From Parcubacteria group bacterium (GTDB lineage Bacteria; Patescibacteriota; Minisyncoccia; JACPHC01): a DNA stretch of 64,000 nucleotides. The stretch is from positions 31,333 to 95,332 of the forward strand of contig JACPHC010000010.1 of NCBI GenBank assembly GCA_016188775.1, written 5' to 3'. The notes under the pieces were generated by a model. That model searched no databases. It was not told where the DNA came from and was given only the letters and a program-made list of their open reading frames with translations. Positions 49,718 to 57,961 of the stretch are shown in pieces (positions within the stretch are counted from its first letter, which is position 1; each line of letters opens with the position of its first letter). A program made the position numbers and the translations under genes.

Positions 49718-49905
49718 AGCGTTGTTTACATTATCCTGCAGGTAATGAGCGCGAAAACACGCTATCAAATTTCCCAGCGAGAAATTTTCGCTTGTTTTCG
49801 GGCTCGCTCGTCTCCCTGCGGGAGACACCTGCCCGCTCGCCTTGCGAGACAGCTTTCTTAGCTCATTACCTGCAGGATACAATACATAAAAGTGTAAACA
49901 ACGCT
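49718..49905. repeat. 188-bp nested, multi-branched palindromic element
   Basis: Outer IR AGCGTTGTTTACA/TGTAAACAACGCT, inner 19-bp perfect IR TATCCTGCAGGTAATGAGC/GCTCATTACCTGCAGGATA, three internal hairpins. Confidence 0.87.
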
Positions 49906-49928
49906 CGGAATTCTTAAATCTAATTATT

Positions 49929-50312
49929 ATGCGTTATCTTGGTGTTGATTTTGGGACGAAAAAAATCGGTCTGGCTATTTCCGACGAGAAAGGCCAGATG
50001 GCTTTTCCGCTTCAGACGATCCTTTATAAAAGCGATCGTTTTGTTTTCGCTCGGCTTAAAGAAATTGTTGAAAAAAATCAAATTGAGCGGATTGTGGCCG
50101 GATTACCCGTCAGCATTCAAAAAACTCAAACGGATATTTCAAAGAAAGTTGAAAGATTCGCTCAAAAACTTTCCCAATCGACTGATCTTTCCGTTGATTT
50201 TGAACGGGAATTTATGACTACTAAAATCGCCAAAATCAGTTCGTCTAAAAAAATTGACGAAGCCTCGGCGGCCTTGATTCTCCAAAGTTATTTGGACAGA
50301 AAGAATCGTTAA
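49929..50312 (+). CDS. ruvX: YqgF/RuvX pre-16S rRNA nuclease
   Basis: LGVDFGTKKIGLAISD, VAGLP, D..SAALILQSYL. Confidence 0.93.
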   Translation: MRYLGVDFGTKKIGLAISDEKGQMAFPLQTILYKSDRFVFARLKEIVEKNQIERIVAGLPVSIQKTQTDISKKVERFAQKLSQSTDLSVDFEREFMTTKIAKISSSKKIDEASAALILQSYLDRKNR

Positions 50313-50327
50313 GGTATAATAATATTA

Positions 50328-50512
50328 TAGACTTCTTGCGAAATAATTTTTTAAAAATCCATTTCCTTCGCTTATAATGATTAAAGAAGTTATTCTAAAA
50401 ATTTTTAAGGTCGAGGCGCTTTAATTAAATTATATAATCCGCCGAGGGTGCCTAAAAAATTTTAGAATAACTTCTTGTTATTATTCTGAAAAATTATTTC
50501 GCAAAAAGTCTT
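50328..50512 (+). repeat. Family C, copy 4, full-length with outer TAGACTTCTTGCGAAATAA termini
   Basis: Outer IR AGACTTCTTGCGAAATAATTTTT / AAAAATTATTTCGCAAAAAGTCT enclosing the core; abuts the next ATG. Confidence 0.92.
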
Positions 50513-51262
50513 ATGAAACCATATTTATCAATTATTATTCCGGCTTATTACGAAGAGCATCGGATTGAAAAAACGCTTCGCGAGTCGGATAAATATCTGC
50601 GATCTCAAAAATACGATTACGAAATTTTAGTCGTTAACGACGGTTCAAAAGACAAAACCGCTGATGTCGTGAAAAGGCTTGTTTCGGAAATCGCGAATTT
50701 AAGATTGATTGACAATAAAATCAATCAAGGCAAGGGTAGCGTGGTTAGGCAAGGAATGCTGGAGGCTCAAGGCCAGTTTCGGCTTTTTATGGACGCGGAT
50801 AATTCAGTTTCTTTAGATCAGGTCGCGAATTTTTTTCCTCGTCTTTGCGGCGCCAAAAACGCCGGTTCGGAATGTTTTGATATTGTTATTGGCTCGATTG
50901 AGGTGGAGGGCGCTAAAATCGAAGAGCAGTCCCAGTGGTATCGGAGAGCTTTGGGGAGATTTTCCAAATATTTAATCAGATTGATTTCCGGCCTTCGGGA
51001 GATTCACGATTCCCAGCGGGGTTTTAAAATTTTTTCGGAAAAGGCCGCTTTGCGAATATTTCCCAAACAGACAATCGCGCGCTGGGGTTTTGATATTGAA
51101 ATTTTGCTTATTGCCAAGCGTCAAGGATTTAAAATCAAAGAGGTGCCGGTGGTTTGGATTAATCCGCCGGAATCCAAAGTGACTTTAAAGGCTTATATTA
51201 AAACTTTCGGCGAGCTTTTGAAAATCAAATGGAATGATATAAGAGGAAGATATGCCCAGTAG
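50513..51262 (+). CDS. GT2 glycosyltransferase, dolichyl-phosphate glucosyltransferase-like
   Basis: SIIIPAY, VNDGSKD, FMDAD, DSQRGFK, FDIEIL. Confidence 0.92.
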   Translation: MKPYLSIIIPAYYEEHRIEKTLRESDKYLRSQKYDYEILVVNDGSKDKTADVVKRLVSEIANLRLIDNKINQGKGSVVRQGMLEAQGQFRLFMDADNSVSLDQVANFFPRLCGAKNAGSECFDIVIGSIEVEGAKIEEQSQWYRRALGRFSKYLIRLISGLREIHDSQRGFKIFSEKAALRIFPKQTIARWGFDIEILLIAKRQGFKIKEVPVVWINPPESKVTLKAYIKTFGELLKIKWNDIRGRYAQ

Positions 51263-51396
51263 TGAAATTTCGATAGATTTCTTTTCTGTCATCTGATTAT
51301 TACTCTCTACTTGGCAAAGTATATTTATTATTAACAATTCCGACTTCTTGTCTTAAGAAATCTTAATGACAGAATCGAAATTCTACTACTGAGTAT
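51252..51396 (+). repeat. Palindromic element family E, copy 2
   Basis: Near-identical to 15068-15212; supplies the GT2 stop (TAG) and ends on the galT ATG. Confidence 0.92.
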
Positions 51397-52411
51397 GTCC
51401 GGTAAAAATCAAATTCAAAAATCCGTTTCCGAATTACGGCAAGATTTGGTTTCCGGCGATTGGGTGGTTATTGCCACCGGTCGGGCCAAAAGGCCGAATT
51501 TTTTTAAAGAAAAAAAGATTATGCCGGATCAACCGGTCCAAGCTTGCCCTTTTGAAAATCCGCAAAAATCAACTCACGGCGACCCTTTCTATGTTAGTCC
51601 GAATTTAAAAAATTGGTGGGTGCAGGTGGTTGGCAATAAATATCCGGCTTTTGGCCCGGGCAATTGCCTTATTTTGACTAAAAACGGGCCGTATTCTCAA
51701 ATAGACGGAGCCGGTTTTCACGAATTAGTGATTACTCGCGATCACAAAAGAAGCATTGCCGAAATGTCGGCTAAAGAAGTGGAAGCGATAATTTTAGCCT
51801 ATAAAAATCGTTATTCAGAACATTCCAAAAGCGAATGCGTGGAATATATTTCTATTTTTCACAATCACGGCCCGGCGGCCGGCGCTTCCATTTCCCATCC
51901 CCATTCGCAAATTATCGCTATTCCGGTCGTGCCGCCTGACGTGGGTCGGTCATTGAACGGTTCGGCCGATTATTTTAAAAAAAATAAAAAGCGCGTTCAT
52001 GACGTGATGCTGGATTTTGAAATGAAAGAGCAAACGAGAATCGTTTACGAAAATAAAGATTTTGTTTCGCTTTGCCCTTTTGTTTCCCGCTCCATTTTTG
52101 AAGTTCGGATTTTTCCCAAAAAACACAATCCTTATTTTGAAGATATAAAAACCGAAGAAGTTAAAACTTTAGCCGATATTTTACAAAAAACGCTAAGCAA
52201 GATTTTTAAGGGATTAAATAATCCTTCTTATAATTTTTTTATTCATACCAGTCCGACCAAGGATCGGGAATTTTACGATCATTATCATTGGCATATTGAA
52301 ATTTTGCCTCGGGCTTCGGTTTGGGGCGGAGTGGAGTTGGGCATTGGCATTGAAATTTTAACCGTTTTGCCCGAAGACGCGGCCGAATACTTGCGCGGCA
52401 TAAAAATATAG
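51395..52411 (+). CDS. galT: Galactose-1-phosphate uridylyltransferase family protein
   Basis: ELRQDLVSGDWV...RAKRP, CPF, NKYPAF, GASISHPHSQ. Confidence 0.9.
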   Translation: MSGKNQIQKSVSELRQDLVSGDWVVIATGRAKRPNFFKEKKIMPDQPVQACPFENPQKSTHGDPFYVSPNLKNWWVQVVGNKYPAFGPGNCLILTKNGPYSQIDGAGFHELVITRDHKRSIAEMSAKEVEAIILAYKNRYSEHSKSECVEYISIFHNHGPAAGASISHPHSQIIAIPVVPPDVGRSLNGSADYFKKNKKRVHDVMLDFEMKEQTRIVYENKDFVSLCPFVSRSIFEVRIFPKKHNPYFEDIKTEEVKTLADILQKTLSKIFKGLNNPSYNFFIHTSPTKDREFYDHYHWHIEILPRASVWGGVELGIGIEILTVLPEDAAEYLRGIKI

Positions 52412-52815
52412 ACTTTTTTCAAAATAATTTTTCAGAAATAAATCGCTTCGGAAACGGATTTTTAAAATCGCCATAGCCATGAGATCGTACAAAAATTCAA
52501 TCATTTGTCATTGCGAGAAGCGAAGAGACGAAGCAATCTCATTTGTCATTGCGAGGAGGAATGAAGCGACGAAGCAATCTCTAAAATCAGCCAAGAAATG
52601 AGATTTCTTCGGCGATTCCATCGCCTCGCAATGACGATTGTTTCGCAATATTTTAAAAATCTATTTCCTTCGCTTATAATGATTAAAGAGATTATTCTAA
52701 AAATTTTTAAGGTCGAGGCTCTTTAATTAAATTATATAATCCGCCGAGGGTACCTGAAAAATTTTAGAATAACTTCTTGTTATTATTTCGAAAAATTATT
52801 TCGCAAAAAAGTTTT
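52409..52815 (+). repeat. Nested composite: family C copy 5 containing GTCATTGCGAG-type REP elements
   Basis: Starts on the galT TAG and ends at the tpiA ATG; inner elements at 52507-52540, 52545-52581 and reverse partner 52600-52635; family C core about 52686-52778. Confidence 0.9.
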
Positions 52816-53556
52816 ATGAAAAAAATTATTATTGCCAATTGGAAAATGAATCCCCAAAGCGCCAAAGAGGCGATTAGTCTTTTTGATCAAGTTATTAAAG
52901 CGGCCGCCCGATTAAAAAATCTTGATTTAATTTTTTGTCCGCCTTTTGTTTGGCTTGGCGTCATTTCGGAAAAATTGAAAAAAATAAAAAAGATCCTGCC
53001 TGCCGCAGGCAGGATCTTTTTGGGAGCCCAGGATATTTTTTGGCAATCCAGGGGCGCTTTTACCGGCGAAATTTCCGGCCCGATGCTGAAAAATTTAGAC
53101 TGTCAATATGTCATTATCGGCCATTCGGAGCGGCGATGGATAATCGGAGAGACCAATGAAATCGTCAATAAAAAATTTTTAGCCGCTCTGAATTTCGGTC
53201 TCATTCCCATTTTGGCCGTGGGAGAGAAAGAAAGAAAAAAGGATTTTCTGGATTTTTTGAAAAATCAACTTGAAGAATCAATAAAAGACGTTTCGAAAGA
53301 AGCGAAATTTATTATCGCTTACGAACCGGTCTGGGCGATTGGAACCGGTCTTCCCGATCGGCCCGAAGATACTGAATTAGCGGTTAATTTTATTAAAAAA
53401 ATAGCGGGAGAAAATTTGATTTTATACGGCGGTTCGGTGACATCAAAAAATATCAAGAGTTTTTTGGAAAAAGCCGGAGTGGACGGCGCCTTGGTGGGCG
53501 GAGCGAGTTTGGACGCGAAAGAATTCGCCAAGATATTAAAAATTGCCAATTTATGA
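52816..53556 (+). CDS. tpiA: Triosephosphate isomerase
   Basis: IANWKMN, IIGHSERR, AYEPVWAIGTG, YGGSV, LVGGASL; start moved to ATG 52816. Confidence 0.96.
   Translation: MKKIIIANWKMNPQSAKEAISLFDQVIKAAARLKNLDLIFCPPFVWLGVISEKLKKIKKILPAAGRIFLGAQDIFWQSRGAFTGEISGPMLKNLDCQYVIIGHSERRWIIGETNEIVNKKFLAALNFGLIPILAVGEKERKKDFLDFLKNQLEESIKDVSKEAKFIIAYEPVWAIGTGLPDRPEDTELAVNFIKKIAGENLILYGGSVTSKNIKSFLEKAGVDGALVGGASLDAKEFAKILKIANL
52987..53021. repeat. In-frame mini-palindrome inside tpiA
   Basis: AAAAAGATCCTGCCTGC-c-GCAGGCAGGATCTTTTT (17-bp arms). Confidence 0.85.
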
Positions 53557-54719
53557 TTCGCTCCATCACTAAAGTTAAATTAAAAAATAAGAAAGTTCTT
53601 GTTAGGGTTGATTTTAACGTGCCAATTAAAAACGGCAAAGTTGTTGACGATTTCCGAATCAAAGAAGCGATTCCAACGATTCAATATGTTTTAAAAAAAG
53701 GAGGGAGTATTATCGTAGCGGCTCATTTGGGCCGGCCTCAAGGGAAAATTGTTCCGGAATTAAGCATGAAGCCGGTGGCGAAAAAACTTTCCCAGCTTAT
53801 TAAAAGAAAAGTGGATTTTATCGCTGATTCTCCGGATTCAAAAAATATTTTTGAAAAGATTAAAAAAAGGGGGGAAATATTTTTTTTGGAAAATTTGCGT
53901 TTTAGCGGCCAAGAAGAAGCGAATGATGAAAATTTTGCCCGGCATTTAGCCGGCCTGGCTGACGTTTACGTCAATGAAGCGTTTTCCGATTCTCATCGAA
54001 CTCACTCTTCCATTGTCGGCGTTCCGAAATTTTTGCCTTCCTGTGCCGGACTTTTGTTTATGAAAGAATACAGGGCGCTTTCAAGGGCTCTGCATCAAAA
54101 GAAACGACCTTACGTGGTGATTATGGGCGGGGCAAAAGTGGCGACTAAATTTCCGTATTTAGTGAAATTTTTTACCATTGCCGATGAGGTAATTTTAGGC
54201 GGTATCATCGCCAACACCTTTTTAAAAGCCAAAGGGCTTTCGGTCGGTAAATCTTTATTTGAAGAAGAAGTGGCCGAAGAGGCCAGAAAAATGGAAATTA
54301 CTTCTCTCAAGCTTCATTTGCCGGTTGATGTCGTGGTTTCAATAAATTTATCCGGGCGAGGCGAGGTTTTCGCTCGAGGAGCCGGCGGAGTTTTAAAAAA
54401 TGAGTATATTTTGGATATCGGACCGGATTCAGTATTGCTTTTTGAAAGCATTATTAAAAAAGCGAAAATGATTATTTGGAACGGGCCGATGGGACTGACC
54501 GAAGTTCCGAAATTCGCCAAAGGGACCGAGGCTATTGCTTTGGCTGTTGCCAAGGCCAAAGCTTGGAGTTTGGTTGGCGGCGGGGACGTTATCGCCGCGA
54601 TTGACAAATTAGGCCTTCGGCATAAAATGAATCATATTTCCACGGCCGGCGGCGCCATGCTTGCCTATTTAGCCGGCGAGAAATTACCTGGAGTGGAAGC
54701 GTTAAAAAATCAAAATTAA
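53553..54719 (+). CDS. pgk: Phosphoglycerate kinase
   Basis: RVDFNVP, HLGRP, LENLRF, GGAKV, WNGPMG, STAGGA. Confidence 0.97.
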   Translation: MIRSITKVKLKNKKVLVRVDFNVPIKNGKVVDDFRIKEAIPTIQYVLKKGGSIIVAAHLGRPQGKIVPELSMKPVAKKLSQLIKRKVDFIADSPDSKNIFEKIKKRGEIFFLENLRFSGQEEANDENFARHLAGLADVYVNEAFSDSHRTHSSIVGVPKFLPSCAGLLFMKEYRALSRALHQKKRPYVVIMGGAKVATKFPYLVKFFTIADEVILGGIIANTFLKAKGLSVGKSLFEEEVAEEARKMEITSLKLHLPVDVVVSINLSGRGEVFARGAGGVLKNEYILDIGPDSVLLFESIIKKAKMIIWNGPMGLTEVPKFAKGTEAIALAVAKAKAWSLVGGGDVIAAIDKLGLRHKMNHISTAGGAMLAYLAGEKLPGVEALKNQN

Positions 54720-54721
54720 AA

Positions 54722-55558
54722 ATGCCTAAAATTTTAGTCACTCATATTAATCCTCATTTGGACGATATCGCCGCTTTTTGGCTTTTTCAGCGTTTCCATC
54801 CGGATTTTCAAGACGCTGAATTGAAATTTTTAAGCCAGCATCACAGTCCGACCTGGGAAAATAAACCCGTTGATTCCGATCTGGACGTGATTCATCTTGG
54901 CGTGGGACGGGGAATGTTTGATGAGCACCGAGGCCTGCCGGACGAATCAACCACATCTTTAGTTTGGAAGTGGCTCAAAGAAAAAAAATTAGGACCCCAA
55001 GAAGAAATTTTGGAAAAAGCGATTGATAAGTTTGTGGAGCAGGTGCGGCTTGAAGACACCGGACATTTCATTCAAAGAGAATTCAGTCTGCCTTCCGTTA
55101 TTTCCGGCCTCAATATTTTTTTTCGCGATTCTATAAAAACTTCGAAAACTATTTTTCCCATTTTGGACGGACTGGTTGAATTTTTGAAGACCGAAGTTAT
55201 TTTGGATCAGGATTGGCCCAAGAGAATTGAGTTTGAAACGGCTTGGGGGAAAGGGGTGGCTTTGGAAAGTCAATCCCGGCCGTATGATTACGGTTATCAT
55301 CGAGGATTTGAGATTGTCATTTCCCTCAATCCCGTCAATGGTTGGCGAAGCATTCGGGCCAAAGGTCCAAGCAATATTGATTTGACGCCGGTTTATGGAA
55401 AATTAAAAGAAATTGATCTCAAAACCGACTGGTATTTTCACCATTCCAAAAAAATGATTATTAATGGCGGCGATGTGGCGCCCGAGGTCAAAGTTTCCCG
55501 ATTATCACTTTCCGAGTTAATTAAAATTGTCGTTCAATCCAAGCCCTCCGCCTTATAG
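54722..55558 (+). CDS. MYG1/DHH-like metal-dependent hydrolase (putative)
   Basis: VTH..PHLDD, GVGRGMFDEH, STTSLVW motifs. Confidence 0.55.
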   Translation: MPKILVTHINPHLDDIAAFWLFQRFHPDFQDAELKFLSQHHSPTWENKPVDSDLDVIHLGVGRGMFDEHRGLPDESTTSLVWKWLKEKKLGPQEEILEKAIDKFVEQVRLEDTGHFIQREFSLPSVISGLNIFFRDSIKTSKTIFPILDGLVEFLKTEVILDQDWPKRIEFETAWGKGVALESQSRPYDYGYHRGFEIVISLNPVNGWRSIRAKGPSNIDLTPVYGKLKEIDLKTDWYFHHSKKMIINGGDVAPEVKVSRLSLSELIKIVVQSKPSAL

Positions 55559-55633
55559 GGCCTATTTTTAGCTATTTTTTGCAAAGGAATCACAAAATCG
55601 TTTAAGAAATAATCTTCGCGCATAACATAACTA

Positions 55634-55681
55634 TTGCGCTTATTCTATTTTTTCGTTATCATTTGAATAAGTATGCAAAAG
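55634..55681 (+). promoter_or_regulatory. arsR promoter with overlapping operator
   Basis: TTGCGC-17 nt-TATCAT; imperfect palindrome CATTTGAATAA|GTATGCAAAAG over the start codon, related to 59235-59256. Confidence 0.65.
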
Positions 55682-56008
55682 AGAAATATTTATGGCGAGC
55701 GAAGTCGAATCACCAAGCAAATAAAGAAAGAGCTAAAAGATAAAAAAGCGCTTGTTCAGTGCGCGGAGAATTTCAATGTGATAGGCGATTTTACCCGGCT
55801 TAAGGTTTGTTATCTTCTATGCCATCATAAGGGGCTGTCGGTCGGAGAAATCGCCGATGTTGTGGGAATTTCAATATCGGCCGTCTCGCACACCCTCAAA
55901 AAATTGCAGGAGGCTAAAATTGCTGAAAGTTATCGAGTTCACCGCAATGTCTATTATCAACTAAAAAAGTCGCCATTTACCAACATCATAAAAAGCCAAT
56001 TTAAATAA
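55673..56008 (+). CDS. ArsR/SmtB family transcriptional repressor
   Basis: D.TRLK, LSVGEIA, SISAVSHTLKKL, VYYQL. Confidence 0.92.
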   Translation: MQKRNIYGERSRITKQIKKELKDKKALVQCAENFNVIGDFTRLKVCYLLCHHKGLSVGEIADVVGISISAVSHTLKKLQEAKIAESYRVHRNVYYQLKKSPFTNIIKSQFK

Positions 56009-56013
56009 CATGA

Positions 56014-56081
56014 ACCCCGTTAGAAACTAAAAAGCGGGACAATAAAATTATGACTAAGCAAAATAAAATTTCTAACGGGGT
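56014..56081 (+). repeat. Family G element, copy 2, inserted at the merA start
   Basis: 13-bp perfect IR ACCCCGTTAGAAA / TTTCTAACGGGGT. Confidence 0.85.
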
Positions 56082-57513
56082 GGAAGCATTTGATTATCAA
56101 TTTATTATAGTCGGGGGCGGAGCCGCGGGTTTCGCGGCCGCCATCAAGGCGGATTCTTTGAAAATTAAAACTTTGATGATTTCGGGCGGAAAAGTGCCTC
56201 TTGGCGGCACATGCATCAATGTCGGCTGCATGCCGTCTAAAAGATTGCTTGCCGTGGCGGAGGCCTACTGGAATGCTAAACACAGCAAATTTGATGGAGT
56301 ACAAAATTCCGCGCCAAAATTAAATTTTGAAGAAGTCGTCAAATCAAAAGACGCTCTTATCGGTAAACTTCAAAGCAAGGCGTACGCCGGCACTCTTAAA
56401 TTTTTGGTTTACGTGACGCTTAAAGAAGGAGACGCGAAATTTATTGATGAGCGCGCGATCGAAGTAAATGGCGAGAAAATCACGGGGGAAAAGTTCCTTA
56501 TTTCAACGGGGTCATCCGCTTTTATTCCGCCGATTTCCGGATTGGATAGCGTGGATTATTTGACCAATATTGAAGCGTTGAGTTTAAAAGAATTGCCGAA
56601 ATCAATGATTATTTTAGGTGGCGGGCCCCTGGGTCTTGAATTTTCCCAAATCTATAGCCGTTTTGGAACAAAGGTTACGGTCTTGCAATCAGCTGAAAGA
56701 ATTGCCGACCGCGAAGAGCCGGAATTATCCAATTTTCTCCGAAAAAAATTAGAAGAGGAAGGAATTACAATCTATACTTCCGCGCGAACTAAAAGTGTTA
56801 GCCGGCGCGATGGCTTTATCGAGGTTCAAACAGATGTGCGCGGTAAAGAAATTATAATCAAGGCGGAAAAAATTTTGGTGGCAACTGGAGTAAGAGCCAA
56901 TACTCAATCTTTGAACCTCGAAAGCATCGGTGTCGGTATCGGCAAAAAAGGAGGAGTAATAACCAACGAATTTTTACAGACAGACCTCCCTCATATATTT
57001 GCGGCTGGCGATGTTGTGGACCAGTATGGCGATGAGGTTAATCCCAAATTAGAGACAACCGCCGGAAGAGAGGGCTTTGTCGCCGCGTCCAATCTTCTCG
57101 AAAATAAGGGCATCAAAATAGATTTTCGCTCTACTCCGCGTGCTATTTTCACCGACCCGTCGCTCGTCAGCGTCGGCCTTACCGATGCCCAAATCGTCAA
57201 GCAAAGCGGGCTTACCTGTGGCTGCCGCGCTCTGAGCTTGGAACTTGTTCCAAAAGCGCATATTTTAGAAGCGGCGGACGGCTTAATTAAAATGGCAATA
57301 GACGCCAAAACAGAAGAAGTTATCGGTATCCACATGGCGGGAGCAAGAGCGGACGAAATTATTTCAATGGCAAGTTTTATTATCAAGAACAGAATGAAGT
57401 TGGACGACATTATTGAAAACACGTTTATCTTTCCGACTATGGCCGAATCAATCAAATGGGTCGCCCAATCCTTCAGGAAAGATGTCAGCAAACTTTCCTG
57501 CTGCACGGAATAG
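56050..57513 (+). CDS. merA: Mercuric reductase core (no N-terminal NmerA domain)
   Basis: GGTCINVGCMPSK redox centre plus C-terminal vicinal Cys pair (KLSCC). Confidence 0.82.
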   Translation: MTKQNKISNGVEAFDYQFIIVGGGAAGFAAAIKADSLKIKTLMISGGKVPLGGTCINVGCMPSKRLLAVAEAYWNAKHSKFDGVQNSAPKLNFEEVVKSKDALIGKLQSKAYAGTLKFLVYVTLKEGDAKFIDERAIEVNGEKITGEKFLISTGSSAFIPPISGLDSVDYLTNIEALSLKELPKSMIILGGGPLGLEFSQIYSRFGTKVTVLQSAERIADREEPELSNFLRKKLEEEGITIYTSARTKSVSRRDGFIEVQTDVRGKEIIIKAEKILVATGVRANTQSLNLESIGVGIGKKGGVITNEFLQTDLPHIFAAGDVVDQYGDEVNPKLETTAGREGFVAASNLLENKGIKIDFRSTPRAIFTDPSLVSVGLTDAQIVKQSGLTCGCRALSLELVPKAHILEAADGLIKMAIDAKTEEVIGIHMAGARADEIISMASFIIKNRMKLDDIIENTFIFPTMAESIKWVAQSFRKDVSKLSCCTE

Positions 57514-57517
57514 AATT

Positions 57518-57961
57518 ATGGAGAATAAAAAAGCGCCGGAATTTATAACCGATGACGAGAAATGGCTGAATTCAAGGCCGTTGAAACTCGCTGATCTAAA
57601 AGGCAAGATAGTATTGATTAAATTCTGGACTTTTATGTGCTCGTGGTGTCAGCAGGATTTGCCGGGCATTATGGAACTTGAAAAGAAATATAAAGACAAG
57701 GGGTTGGCGGTAATTGGTATCCATTCACCAGAGACAACTTTTGAAAGAGACATCGAAGCCCTTAAAAAACAGATGAAAGTTTTAAAAGTGGATTTTCCGG
57801 TGCTTACCGATAATGCCCAACAAAACTGGAAAGCCTATAAAGTTGAGAATTGGCCGGCGTATTATCTGATTGATAAGGAGGGAAACATCGCGTTTCACAT
57901 TCTTGGTCCGGGGATCGAAGGCCGGCTAGAAAATAAGATTAAGGAAATTCTCGGCATATGA
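57518..57961 (+). CDS. Thioredoxin-like redoxin (TlpA/DipZ type)
   Basis: WLNS.PL, FWTFMCSWC, IGIHSPE, WPAYYLIDK. Confidence 0.9.
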   Translation: MENKKAPEFITDDEKWLNSRPLKLADLKGKIVLIKFWTFMCSWCQQDLPGIMELEKKYKDKGLAVIGIHSPETTFERDIEALKKQMKVLKVDFPVLTDNAQQNWKAYKVENWPAYYLIDKEGNIAFHILGPGIEGRLENKIKEILGI

